From a virus: 64,000 nucleotides of DNA. Every line of letters starts with the position of its first letter. The stretch's first letter is position 1. The DNA lies in the IMG/VR virus record IMGVR_UViG_3300005573_000004, positions 32,001 to 96,000 of that record; one strand, given 5' to 3'. Below are positions 47,921 to 57,420 of the stretch, in pieces. The position numbers and the translations under genes were made by a program. Under the pieces are notes generated by a model. That model did not search any database. It had not been told where the DNA came from and saw nothing but the letters and a program-made list of their open reading frames with translations.

Positions 47921-50275
47921 ATGAATAAAATAATCAAATTCATAATTTCATTCCTCTTTATACCTATTATCGTTTTTGGAGCAGGAAATGAGTATTTTAA
48001 TTTAACGCATTTTAAAATTTCAAATCCTTCAAATCAAACAATGAATTTTATGTATAATTATTATAATTATGCAACCTACAACGTGAAATTAAGTGATTTT
48101 AAAGTAGTTGGATATTTTTTTAGAGACGGAAGCACTAATTGGATTTATGATAGTTCTAATACACAAGGTTCAATTTATTATTCAGATGGAAGTTGGTATA
48201 CAAATACTGGTTCTAATTTTACAATAACGTTTACAAATTTAACATATACAGTAGATTGTGGTTTGGTAAATGGTATACAAAGGAAAGCAGATGGAATGTT
48301 TGAAGCAAGATATAATGGAGCAGAAGATATTCCTGCAAATGGCGGTTATGTGCAATTAGGTTCAGGAAATTATTGGTTTAGAATAAGAAAAAGTGATTGG
48401 AGTGATATTAGTTCAAATAAAGCGAATTCTTATTCTTGCCAAGATAATGATACAGTATTAGGAACAACAGCACCAGGAATTAACTGGAAATGGCTTATTT
48501 TATATTACAGCGACGATGGTGGAACAACTTGGCATCAAGTATGCGAAAGGACCGATACTAATGGAACAGTAGATACAGAAAGCGGAGCATTACCTTGCAA
48601 TCAAAACGCTTGTGCTGCTCCTACTAATGCTTCTACTAATACTCCTACTATAACTCCTACCATAACTCAAACTATAACTCCTACTATAACTCAAACAATA
48701 ACTTCTACCATAACTCAAACTATAACTCCTACTATAACTCAAACAATAACTTCTACCATAACTCAAACTATAACTTCTACAATTACTCCTACAATAACTC
48801 AAACAATAACTTCTACTATAACTAAAACCATAACTTCTACTATAACTATAACTTCTACCATAACTCAAACTATAACTCCTACTATAACTCAAACAATAAC
48901 TTCTACTATAACTAAAACCATAACTTCTACTATAACTATAACTTCTACCATAACTCAAACTATAACTCCTACTATAACTCCTACCATAACTCAAACCATA
49001 ACTTCTACCATAACTCAAACTATAACTTCTACAATTACTCCTACAATAACTCAAACAATAACTTCTACTATAACTCCTACCATAACTCCTACCATAACTC
49101 AAATTATAACTCCTACGATTACTCCTACCATAACTTCTACAATAACTTCTACAATAACTTCTACAATAACTTCTACAATAACTTCTACTATAACTTCTAC
49201 AATTACTCCTACCATAACTCAAACAATAACACCTACTATAACTCCAACCACGGCTAACCAAGGAGATTTAAGAGTTTGGAGTGTTTCGCAAGAATCTAAT
49301 AAAATAAAATGGGCGTTTCAACTTAGAAATACCAATCCAGATCAAGTACCTATGCCTTTATCTAGTTATTTAGTTACATTTTATATTAATTCTACCAAAC
49401 CAGCTAGTTCTATAGATTTTTATTCTAATGTAGGAAGTTGTGGAATTTATGATCAGAATGGTACATTGATTACACTAATTGGTAGGTGGGATCTTTATGA
49501 TATTTCTGATATATCTCCTATAGATTGTGGTTATTCTTATGGAATTCAGAGACGTGCTACTATAAAAATAAGTATTAAATATAATGGAACAGAGACAATT
49601 CCATATGGTGGATATATGGCTCCGGTTTCTAATACTGCTGTAGTTGGATGGATACAGTATAAAGATAATTCGAATTTTGATCAATCCTATGATTACTCCA
49701 GTATGTTATCATTAAATTTAGGTTCTGATATAAATTCTGCTATTGATTATCAGTATGTAGACTTATCTATTTTAAATAATACAGAAACTAAATTGTGTGA
49801 AGGAAAACTTGGACCAAACGATACAAATGCTATTCAGGATATATATGGACATTGGATTGATGCATTTAGTGGAATTTGGCCTTGTGGAACTGTAATATGT
49901 AATATTGCAACTCCTACAATTACTTCTACTAGTACTATTACATTAACTCCTACTTTAACTGTGACTCCGACTATAACTCCAGGTGAAGTTATTTGGTCTT
50001 CTAATACTCATAAAATTATAAATACAGTAATTTCATCTTCTACTGGAACTGGTATAGTAACGTGGAGACAAGATTTTCCTTGGGAGGCAAAAAAATATAA
50101 TGTTCAGATTCAAGCCCGGCAAATGCCAAATAATGCAAAGATAACTTTTTATAAACTTGACAATTCTGTTATAATAAGTATAATTGATGATAACGGCAAT
50201 ACAGTAGATTGTTCTGGAACTAATGCTATCTTGGATGTATTTATTGACTATGATATTAAGCAATACAATTTTTAG
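47921..50275 (+). CDS. Secreted protein with two CBM3-like domains, a long Thr-rich stalk and the shared C-terminal domain
   Basis: Signal peptide; VKLSDFKVVGYF...RIRKSDWS and PLSSYLVTFY...NFDQSYDYS resemble CBM3; about 200-aa TITP/Q/S linker. Confidence 0.65.
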   Translation: MNKIIKFIISFLFIPIIVFGAGNEYFNLTHFKISNPSNQTMNFMYNYYNYATYNVKLSDFKVVGYFFRDGSTNWIYDSSNTQGSIYYSDGSWYTNTGSNFTITFTNLTYTVDCGLVNGIQRKADGMFEARYNGAEDIPANGGYVQLGSGNYWFRIRKSDWSDISSNKANSYSCQDNDTVLGTTAPGINWKWLILYYSDDGGTTWHQVCERTDTNGTVDTESGALPCNQNACAAPTNASTNTPTITPTITQTITPTITQTITSTITQTITPTITQTITSTITQTITSTITPTITQTITSTITKTITSTITITSTITQTITPTITQTITSTITKTITSTITITSTITQTITPTITPTITQTITSTITQTITSTITPTITQTITSTITPTITPTITQIITPTITPTITSTITSTITSTITSTITSTITSTITPTITQTITPTITPTTANQGDLRVWSVSQESNKIKWAFQLRNTNPDQVPMPLSSYLVTFYINSTKPASSIDFYSNVGSCGIYDQNGTLITLIGRWDLYDISDISPIDCGYSYGIQRRATIKISIKYNGTETIPYGGYMAPVSNTAVVGWIQYKDNSNFDQSYDYSSMLSLNLGSDINSAIDYQYVDLSILNNTETKLCEGKLGPNDTNAIQDIYGHWIDAFSGIWPCGTVICNIATPTITSTSTITLTPTLTVTPTITPGEVIWSSNTHKIINTVISSSTGTGIVTWRQDFPWEAKKYNVQIQARQMPNNAKITFYKLDNSVIISIIDDNGNTVDCSGTNAILDVFIDYDIKQYNF
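48641..49250 (+). repeat. Degenerate 12-bp tandem repeat encoding TIT(P/Q/S/K)
   Basis: Roughly 50 in-frame ACNATAACTNNN-type units. Confidence 0.95.
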
Positions 50276-50287
50276 CGAGGATTCCAT

Positions 50288-53200
50288 ATGAGAAAAATTT
50301 TAACTTTCTTTTTCTTATTGATAGCTTCTACAAGTTTTAGTTTAACTTGGGAAACTTATACAAATATGACCAATTCTGCTGGTCAAGGTGTTAGTACTAT
50401 GGCTAATGCCATAGTTTCTTATAATGGTTATGTTTACCTTTTAGGTACTGGAAACACTATGTCTGCTTCTTCAGATACAATATATAAATTTCCTTTGGAT
50501 TTATCATCTCCAGTTTCAGTGCTTGGAACGAAGTTGCCTTTAGGTGGAGGAAAATATCAATCTGCATTTATGTATGGTAATAGTATTTATTATTTTCCCG
50601 ATCGTAGTGATTATGTATCTGGATCTAGAAGTTTACAAGGAGTTTATAGAGCAAATATTATTAATAATGTTATAGGTAGTTTTTCCAAAATAGGAGATTT
50701 ACCATTTTATAAAGACCATCCGTATACAATGAGGACAATAATTCAGAATCCAGATGATAACAGTTACTATATTATCGGTGGTGCAGTTTTAGGAGAAAAT
50801 GATTGGAGTAATTGGTGTGGATTTGCCCAACAGACTAATTCATATTCATTTTTTTATTCATATGATCCATATACTGAGTATCGTTCTAATTCTTATGCTA
50901 TTGCTATGCGTACTCACGATAATAATGATAATGAGATTGAACCTTGTAGAGTAATTACTGGAGAAAATATATTTTCTGTTGCAGATGTAGTTAAAGTTTC
51001 TGATGGGTATATTATAGGTGGTTCTTTATATGATCCTATAATTGGTCTTACAGTTGGGTATAAATTTTTAAAAATTGATTTTAATGGAAACACGATATCT
51101 AGAACATCAGATGTTTTAACTAATGGTATATATCTTATGAATATAACTAAAGATTATAATGATAATGTATATTTATGTGGGTATACTGGTTCTTTAGGAT
51201 ATATAATAAAAGCAGATTCTAATCTTAATACAAAATTTGTAAAGAGTTATAATTTAGCTGATTCTTATACACAGCTTAATGATATTGAAGCTTATGGTAA
51301 TACTTTATATGCAGTTGGATATACAGTTTCTACTAATCCTAATTTGATATATCATAATATTTTAGTTAAATTAGACCTTAATGGTAATTGTATAACTTCA
51401 TTTTCAGATCAAAATATGACATATTCCGGGTCTGCTTATTATGGTATTACAGTTGTAGCTGATACAATTTATGCTGTAGGATCTGGTATTTCTGATACTA
51501 ATCAGAGTTATCCTATATTAGGAGCATATGATTTAAATTTGAACCGTAAATGGACAGTAAATATTTCAAATCCAGGAATTGCTTATTTTGGTATATATGA
51601 TAATGTTAATTTTTCATACCCTGTTATAGCTATTATTCCGGTTTATTCTAGTACCTACGGTATTTATAGAGTTCGAGCAGATACAGGGTCTTATATTGAT
51701 AGTGCTAGTTATACTATGATTTATGAACCTTATCTTAATCATCACTCTATGTTTAAAAATGGAAAATATTATTTAGGTACTAATACACAGATTATAATGA
51801 TTGATAGTAATTTAAATACACAAATTGTATCTGCTATTGCTTATGGGTCTGATATATCTCCAGCTACATCTAATATAACTTATGTTAAAGTAAGTGGAAG
51901 TACTATTGTTGATTCGTGGACCAATACTGTTCCATTCCTTAGTTATGGAGGTAGTGGTTCGGTTTATAATGGATATTTACATTATTATGGTGGATTATCA
52001 AAATCTGCAATTGATGTTACAAATATACATTATTATGCTCCAATAGGAGTTAGTGGCACTCTTGGTACTTGGGGTTCAGAATATTGGCCGGGTCCTCCAA
52101 TGGCTTATGGAAATGCTGTAAATTTAAATGATAAAGTTTATTTTTCTGGTAATCCCTATCCCTATCCATATCCATATACTATGATTGGTACTTATGGTAT
52201 TGGTGGATCTATGTTAACTTGGACCTATGATGCTCACGCGCCAAAACCAACATGGGGAGAACGATTGCTTGCTGCATTAGGAAAATTATTTAGAATAGGT
52301 GGAACTACAGATTCTGATACATATTATCCAATTAACGATGTTTTTATTGCAGATAATTTTACTCCAACTATAACTCCAACTATTACACCAACTTGGACTC
52401 CAAATTTAACACCAGTTACTTTTAATGATTGGGTACAAGTTCCTACACCATCTTCGGATATACCAGGCAGATCTGGTCATGCATTAATTGATGGAAGTGA
52501 AATTGGATCACCAGGATGGATGTTTGTTGCATTAGGATATAATTATGATATTTTTCTTAAAGATATACGGAAGTCTCCAAATGGTTCTGATTGGGAATTT
52601 GTATGTTCATCTAATACTCTTAGTTATAAATATTCTTTTGGTTATACAACTTTTAATAATAAACTATGGATGATTGGCGGAGTTGATAGTTCTGGTCTTA
52701 CAAATTCTGTATATTCTTCAACTGGATCTAATATTAAATGGGAATCACGTTTACCATTAGGCGTAGCTGCTCCAGGCGTTGTAGTTTTTAATAACTATAT
52801 ATATGTAATTGGTGGTGGAGATGCTGGTACGGGAGCTGGACAAGCATCAGTTTTTCGTTCTTCAAATGGAATAGATTGGGAAACGGTTACATTAAATGCA
52901 GAATTTGGACAGAATGCATATGCACCTGCGGCGTGTGTTTATAATAATAAAATATGGTTAATTGGCGGAAATTATGCATATGGATCTGGGACACAAAACG
53001 TATATTATTCATCAGATGGAGTTTCCTGGACATTGGCTACAAGTTCTGCAGCCTTCGGAAAGAGAGAGCATGCAAAAGCTTTAGTATTTCAAAATAAAAT
53101 GTGGTTAATTGGTGGAGAGAGTAGTAATACTTATTATAATGATACTTGGTATTCAACTGATGGAATAAATTGGACACAATATATTACAGATCATACTTAT

Positions 53201-53767
53201 ACAGGACGTTCCAGATTTGGCGCAACTATTTTTGACGGAAGAATGTGGATCCAAGGAGGTTATGCTGGTGTTGGCTCTAATTCTAGTCTTAGAGATGCGT
53301 GGTATTTAATTCCTGGAACTCCTACAATAACGCCTACTGTTACAATAACACCTACTGTTACTAAAACATTTACACCTAGAAATACTGCTACCAATACAAT
53401 TACTCCGACTCTTACTCCTACACTTTTTCTAACAGCAACTATAACACCAACAGTTACAGTTACTTTAACACCTACTCCATATGATATATGGTGGAGAACT
53501 ACTGGTACTGTATATCATGGTTCTATTTTAATGGATTCATCAAATGGTAAAAAAGTTGTTACTTTACCACCAGAATCTGCAATATATTTTCCTGATGGAC
53601 AATGGAAAGCAAAATTAAGTCGTGATAGAATACAACCTGATACGTATCTATTATATACACCAGGTTCTATGCAATTTACAATAATTATACAAAATAGAGA
53701 CGGAACTGAGCACGATTGTTCATCCGATACGTGCACAGTATATTTTAGTGTATTTAAGGAGCCATAA
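50288..53767 (+). CDS. Secreted beta-propeller/Kelch-repeat protein with TP linkers and shared C-terminal domain
   Basis: Signal peptide; repeated FNNK.W.IGG...VY.S.DG..W Kelch-like units; TPT linkers. Confidence 0.75.
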   Translation: MRKILTFFFLLIASTSFSLTWETYTNMTNSAGQGVSTMANAIVSYNGYVYLLGTGNTMSASSDTIYKFPLDLSSPVSVLGTKLPLGGGKYQSAFMYGNSIYYFPDRSDYVSGSRSLQGVYRANIINNVIGSFSKIGDLPFYKDHPYTMRTIIQNPDDNSYYIIGGAVLGENDWSNWCGFAQQTNSYSFFYSYDPYTEYRSNSYAIAMRTHDNNDNEIEPCRVITGENIFSVADVVKVSDGYIIGGSLYDPIIGLTVGYKFLKIDFNGNTISRTSDVLTNGIYLMNITKDYNDNVYLCGYTGSLGYIIKADSNLNTKFVKSYNLADSYTQLNDIEAYGNTLYAVGYTVSTNPNLIYHNILVKLDLNGNCITSFSDQNMTYSGSAYYGITVVADTIYAVGSGISDTNQSYPILGAYDLNLNRKWTVNISNPGIAYFGIYDNVNFSYPVIAIIPVYSSTYGIYRVRADTGSYIDSASYTMIYEPYLNHHSMFKNGKYYLGTNTQIIMIDSNLNTQIVSAIAYGSDISPATSNITYVKVSGSTIVDSWTNTVPFLSYGGSGSVYNGYLHYYGGLSKSAIDVTNIHYYAPIGVSGTLGTWGSEYWPGPPMAYGNAVNLNDKVYFSGNPYPYPYPYTMIGTYGIGGSMLTWTYDAHAPKPTWGERLLAALGKLFRIGGTTDSDTYYPINDVFIADNFTPTITPTITPTWTPNLTPVTFNDWVQVPTPSSDIPGRSGHALIDGSEIGSPGWMFVALGYNYDIFLKDIRKSPNGSDWEFVCSSNTLSYKYSFGYTTFNNKLWMIGGVDSSGLTNSVYSSTGSNIKWESRLPLGVAAPGVVVFNNYIYVIGGGDAGTGAGQASVFRSSNGIDWETVTLNAEFGQNAYAPAACVYNNKIWLIGGNYAYGSGTQNVYYSSDGVSWTLATSSAAFGKREHAKALVFQNKMWLIGGESSNTYYNDTWYSTDGINWTQYITDHTYTGRSRFGATIFDGRMWIQGGYAGVGSNSSLRDAWYLIPGTPTITPTVTITPTVTKTFTPRNTATNTITPTLTPTLFLTATITPTVTVTLTPTPYDIWWRTTGTVYHGSILMDSSNGKKVVTLPPESAIYFPDGQWKAKLSRDRIQPDTYLLYTPGSMQFTIIIQNRDGTEHDCSSDTCTVYFSVFKEP

Positions 53768-53768
53768 T

Positions 53769-55295
53769 ATGGATATAATATCTGGAATTAAACAAGCTTT
53801 TACCTTATATAAAATGTCTAAAAAAGTTAATACAGATGTGGAAATACCTGAACCGTATGCATCTATCATAGAAAAAATGCAACGAGTTGCAGAAAAAACT
53901 GGCTATAAAATTTATCCAGTTGGAGGATTTGTTAGAGATTTAGTTTCTGGATATTTTCCAAAAGATTTAGATATATTAGTAGATGGTCCAGGAGATAATC
54001 CAGCTGTTGAATTTGCTTCTATTTTAGAACAGAATAACGTTGGAAAAAATGCAGTAACGTTTGAAAAAGAAGTATCAGATATAGATCCAATGGCTGCAAA
54101 ATTTGGCGTTGCTAAAATGATTATTGATGGTATTCCTGTAGAATTAGTTATGCCACGTGGAGAAAAGTATAATCCTGATTCTAGAAAGCCTGAAGTTTTT
54201 AAAGCAGATATAAAACAGGATGCTTTAAGAAGAGATTTCACTATTAACACATTAATGTATGATCCTGCAACCAAGCAAGTATTAGATCCGACGGGACACG
54301 GTTTAGAAGATTTAAAAAACGATGTTATAAGATCTGCTAATCCTGATGTAGATACAGTTTTCAAAGATGATCCATTAAGAATGCTTAGAGCTATCAGATT
54401 TATGATAACTAAAGATATGAAAATTGATCCAAATACTTTAGATGGTATTCGTAGGAATGTTGATAGGCTTAATATAATTTCTAAAGAACGAATTGCTGAT
54501 GAACTTAAAAAAATAATTTTAGCAGATAAACCCAGTAGGGCAATCAGGCTAATGAAAGACCTTGGTCTTTTAAAATACATTATACCGGAGCTTGAAGATA
54601 CAGAGAAAGTGATGGAAGTTTCTAAATATCATCTTGAGGAACCTACTTTTGAACATATTATGCGAACATTAGATAACATTCCTCCAGAAATAACTTCTAG
54701 ATTAGCAGCTTTATTACATGATATTGGTAAACCATTGACAAGAACCATAGAAAAAGGAGTAGTGCATTTTATAAATCATCACAATGTTGGTGCTGATATG
54801 GCTAGGAAGATATTACAAAGATTAAAATTTCCAAATGAAATGATAGAAGATGTTAGTAAATTGATCCAATATCATATGGTGCCTCATATGTATACTAGCG
54901 AACAAGGAGATAAATCATTAAGAAGATTCTTATTAGATATTGGTCATTTGATAGATTTCATATATGATTTAGCAGAAGCTGATAGAAAAGGTTCTGGAGT
55001 TAGAAATGAAGAAGCCGAAGCTAGATTTCAAGAATTTAAAGAAAGATTAGAAAAGTTAAGACATCAACCTATTACGGTTGAACAGTTGAATAAACCTCTT
55101 ATTGATGGGAATGAACTAATGGAAATGTTTAATAGTCCGCCTGGAAGGTGGATACGTGATGTACATAAAGCTCTTGTAGATTTGCAACTAGAAAATCCAC
55201 AATTAACAAAGGACCAAGCCAAGACTTTTGTTGAGGAATATGTAAGATTAAAGCATCCCGAAATTTTTAAGAATAGACTCTTGACAGAACATTAG
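53769..55295 (+). CDS. cca: CCA tRNA nucleotidyltransferase / poly(A) polymerase family with HD domain
   Basis: VGGFVRD, KDLD, DALRRDFTIN, DDPLRMLRAIRF, SKERI and LLHDIGKP; ATG 53769 after AAGGAG. Confidence 0.9.
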   Translation: MDIISGIKQAFTLYKMSKKVNTDVEIPEPYASIIEKMQRVAEKTGYKIYPVGGFVRDLVSGYFPKDLDILVDGPGDNPAVEFASILEQNNVGKNAVTFEKEVSDIDPMAAKFGVAKMIIDGIPVELVMPRGEKYNPDSRKPEVFKADIKQDALRRDFTINTLMYDPATKQVLDPTGHGLEDLKNDVIRSANPDVDTVFKDDPLRMLRAIRFMITKDMKIDPNTLDGIRRNVDRLNIISKERIADELKKIILADKPSRAIRLMKDLGLLKYIIPELEDTEKVMEVSKYHLEEPTFEHIMRTLDNIPPEITSRLAALLHDIGKPLTRTIEKGVVHFINHHNVGADMARKILQRLKFPNEMIEDVSKLIQYHMVPHMYTSEQGDKSLRRFLLDIGHLIDFIYDLAEADRKGSGVRNEEAEARFQEFKERLEKLRHQPITVEQLNKPLIDGNELMEMFNSPPGRWIRDVHKALVDLQLENPQLTKDQAKTFVEEYVRLKHPEIFKNRLLTEH

Positions 55296-55309
55296 ATATT
55301 TTGTATACT
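55281..55309 (+). promoter_or_regulatory. Sigma70-type promoter
   Basis: TTGACA-17 nt-TATACT upstream of 55331. Confidence 0.65.
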
Positions 55310-55330
55310 TTATAAAAAAGGAGTAAAACT

Positions 55331-55951
55331 ATGGGTTACCCTACAAATTATGACAGTTTTGTACCTGTAAAAAAGACTGGAGATACGATAACAGAAGTTA
55401 TTAATATTCCTGCATCGGCAGCTCCAATTACAGTTTTTACAACATATCCAATTTTAAGAGGCGTGTCTATTCCTGGTTATGTGGAAGTTGTTGCCATTCC
55501 GGCTACTGGACAGTTTAGAGTCTATTATAAATCAAACCAGATTGTATTTGGTCCAACACCATTACCTGTTTCGGTAACTATTACTTATATAACTACCGGG
55601 ACACCAATTGCAGATATTCCATTTCAAGCAATATTAGATGCTATTACAGCGATTGAAAAAGCTCTCGGTTTAAATCCAGGAGGAACATTTTCAACACTAG
55701 CAGATAGGCTTATCGCAATTGAAAGCGGAGCAAATCATACACATAAAGTATATGATGGTACTGGAGCAATTAATGGAACTAATATAATATTTACATTGCC
55801 TGAGGCACCATCACAACCAGAAGCGACCATAGTAGTTTTAAACGGAAGTGTTTTAACTTATAATACAGATTATATTCTTAGTGGTGCTGATGTGGTATTT
55901 TCAGATCCTCCATCAGTTGGAGATACTTTAATAATTTATTATACAGTCTAA
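55331..55951 (+). CDS. Putative virion structural (baseplate/tail) protein
   Basis: AITAIEKALG coil and GAINGTN.IFTL...V.LNG...DY...PP..GD.L domain common in phage structural proteins. Confidence 0.65.
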   Translation: MGYPTNYDSFVPVKKTGDTITEVINIPASAAPITVFTTYPILRGVSIPGYVEVVAIPATGQFRVYYKSNQIVFGPTPLPVSVTITYITTGTPIADIPFQAILDAITAIEKALGLNPGGTFSTLADRLIAIESGANHTHKVYDGTGAINGTNIIFTLPEAPSQPEATIVVLNGSVLTYNTDYILSGADVVFSDPPSVGDTLIIYYTV

Positions 55952-55964
55952 ATAGGAGGAAAAT

Positions 55965-56249
55965 ATGGCTAAATATAATGCTAAAATACGTGGAAGTAGA
56001 CAGATTATGGATAAAACTATAACAAATGCAGAGATAGCAGATGGAGCTGGAATAGAAGAACAAAAATTAGCCTTAGCACACGGAACTAAAGATTTATATG
56101 ATAAAAGTGTTCGTACAGATGAATCTAGAACAGTAGAGGACAATGTTGATATTGAAGTTCCTCATATTATTATACGAGACAAAGTAAACGGTAAAAAATA
56201 TCGTTTAGAACTTCGCAATGGAACTCCAGTTACGGTGGAATTAACATGA
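55965..56249 (+). CDS. Small virion-like protein
   Basis: QI...TITNAEIA..AGI...KL motif seen in tail proteins. Confidence 0.55.
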   Translation: MAKYNAKIRGSRQIMDKTITNAEIADGAGIEEQKLALAHGTKDLYDKSVRTDESRTVEDNVDIEVPHIIIRDKVNGKKYRLELRNGTPVTVELT

Positions 56250-56497
56250 ATGTTAATCCTGATTCATTAAAAAAGCTTTGGGAGATTCAAAAACAATATT
56301 CTGGAAAATCCAGAAAAAGAATATTAGACTCTTTGAGAAAAAAGGAATATAATCCTCACCAAGATACGGATTATGTTAACCAGATGCAAGTTACTGATAG
56401 AGATACACAAATGGATCCAGATTTACAAGGAGAAGGAGGATCTTCTCTTGGAGTTGGAATACCAAATTTAACAAACGATAAACTGGAGGGTTACTAA
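56246..56497 (+). CDS. hypothetical protein
   Basis: ATGA overlap, 83 aa. Confidence 0.55.
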   Translation: MNVNPDSLKKLWEIQKQYSGKSRKRILDSLRKKEYNPHQDTDYVNQMQVTDRDTQMDPDLQGEGGSSLGVGIPNLTNDKLEGY

Positions 56498-57166
56498 ATG
56501 CTGCTCACTCCCAAGGCTTTGCTTCTTAAGAAGTTAGAGTTTTTAGTTGGTCGTCCTCTTACTGCAGAAGAACATATGGAATTAACTAAAAAAATTAAAG
56601 TAGGAAATAATGCAGAAATTAAGGCTGCTGTAGACAAATTACGTCAAGCAAATAGAAAATTTGAACCTCTTTATGTTATTGTTGAGAAATATGCTAAAAA
56701 TCAAGATTTATCAAAGTTATCTCAGGAGGAATTGATCAATATTGTAGAGGATATAGTAGTAAAGACAACTTCAGTACAAGCAGGATTACGCATTCTTAAA
56801 AAATCTAAATCTATGTCTAAAATGGCTCTAATTAGGTATATCTATAATCTTTATCTCAGAGATGTACGTAGAAGAGAAAAGAAAGGAAATCGTGAAGCAA
56901 TTACAAATGATCAATCAAATAGGCCACCAGTCGGAGAAAGTATGGCAGCTCCGTTAGGATTTGAAAATCCAGTTAAACTTGACCGTCTTTTGCCTATTGA
57001 CGAATATGATTCAAAGGATGAATATCTAAATACTGAATTTAGGAATCGTCCTTCACATAATGAACCAAAAAAACTTACTGTAAAAGAACGCATTAAAAAT
57101 TATATCCAAAATTTTATTGGAAAACCAACAGGAGGAAAAGAAGATGTCGGAAATCAAAAGAATTAA
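56498..57166 (+). CDS. hypothetical protein
   Basis: GGAGG RBS, 222 aa. Confidence 0.6.
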   Translation: MLLTPKALLLKKLEFLVGRPLTAEEHMELTKKIKVGNNAEIKAAVDKLRQANRKFEPLYVIVEKYAKNQDLSKLSQEELINIVEDIVVKTTSVQAGLRILKKSKSMSKMALIRYIYNLYLRDVRRREKKGNREAITNDQSNRPPVGESMAAPLGFENPVKLDRLLPIDEYDSKDEYLNTEFRNRPSHNEPKKLTVKERIKNYIQNFIGKPTGGKEDVGNQKN

Positions 57167-57416
57167 CACAAAGTATTCTAGAGTTAAACCAGCAACAAAA
57201 TCAGATCCTAATTCTAATCAACTTAAACGCAAAGCTTTTTTAGATGCCTTATTAGATGAAGCAATGGAGGACCCGTATACATATAGTTCTTTTGAAGAGG
57301 CTATTGCTGATTTAAGTGGAAAGTTTAAATTATCTTTAGACGAAATTAAATATTTGAAGCAATCTTCTAAAGATAAAAAAATTAAATTTGTAGAGGAATT
57401 TAGAAAAAAACATTAA
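57144..57416 (+). CDS. hypothetical protein
   Basis: AGGAGG RBS before ATG 57144. Confidence 0.6.
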   Translation: MSEIKRINTKYSRVKPATKSDPNSNQLKRKAFLDALLDEAMEDPYTYSSFEEAIADLSGKFKLSLDEIKYLKQSSKDKKIKFVEEFRKKH

Positions 57417-57420
57417 TTCT

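Noticed and set aside
48590-49261. 223-aa Ser/Arg/Tyr/Cys-rich minus-strand ORF
   Set aside because: Antisense reading of the Thr-rich 12-bp repeat.
53912-54580. 222-aa minus-strand ORF
   Set aside because: Antisense shadow of the CCA-adding enzyme.
40518-57416. Shared small helical domain between ORFs 40518, 42735 and 57144
   Set aside because: Similarity by eye is too weak to support without a profile comparison.
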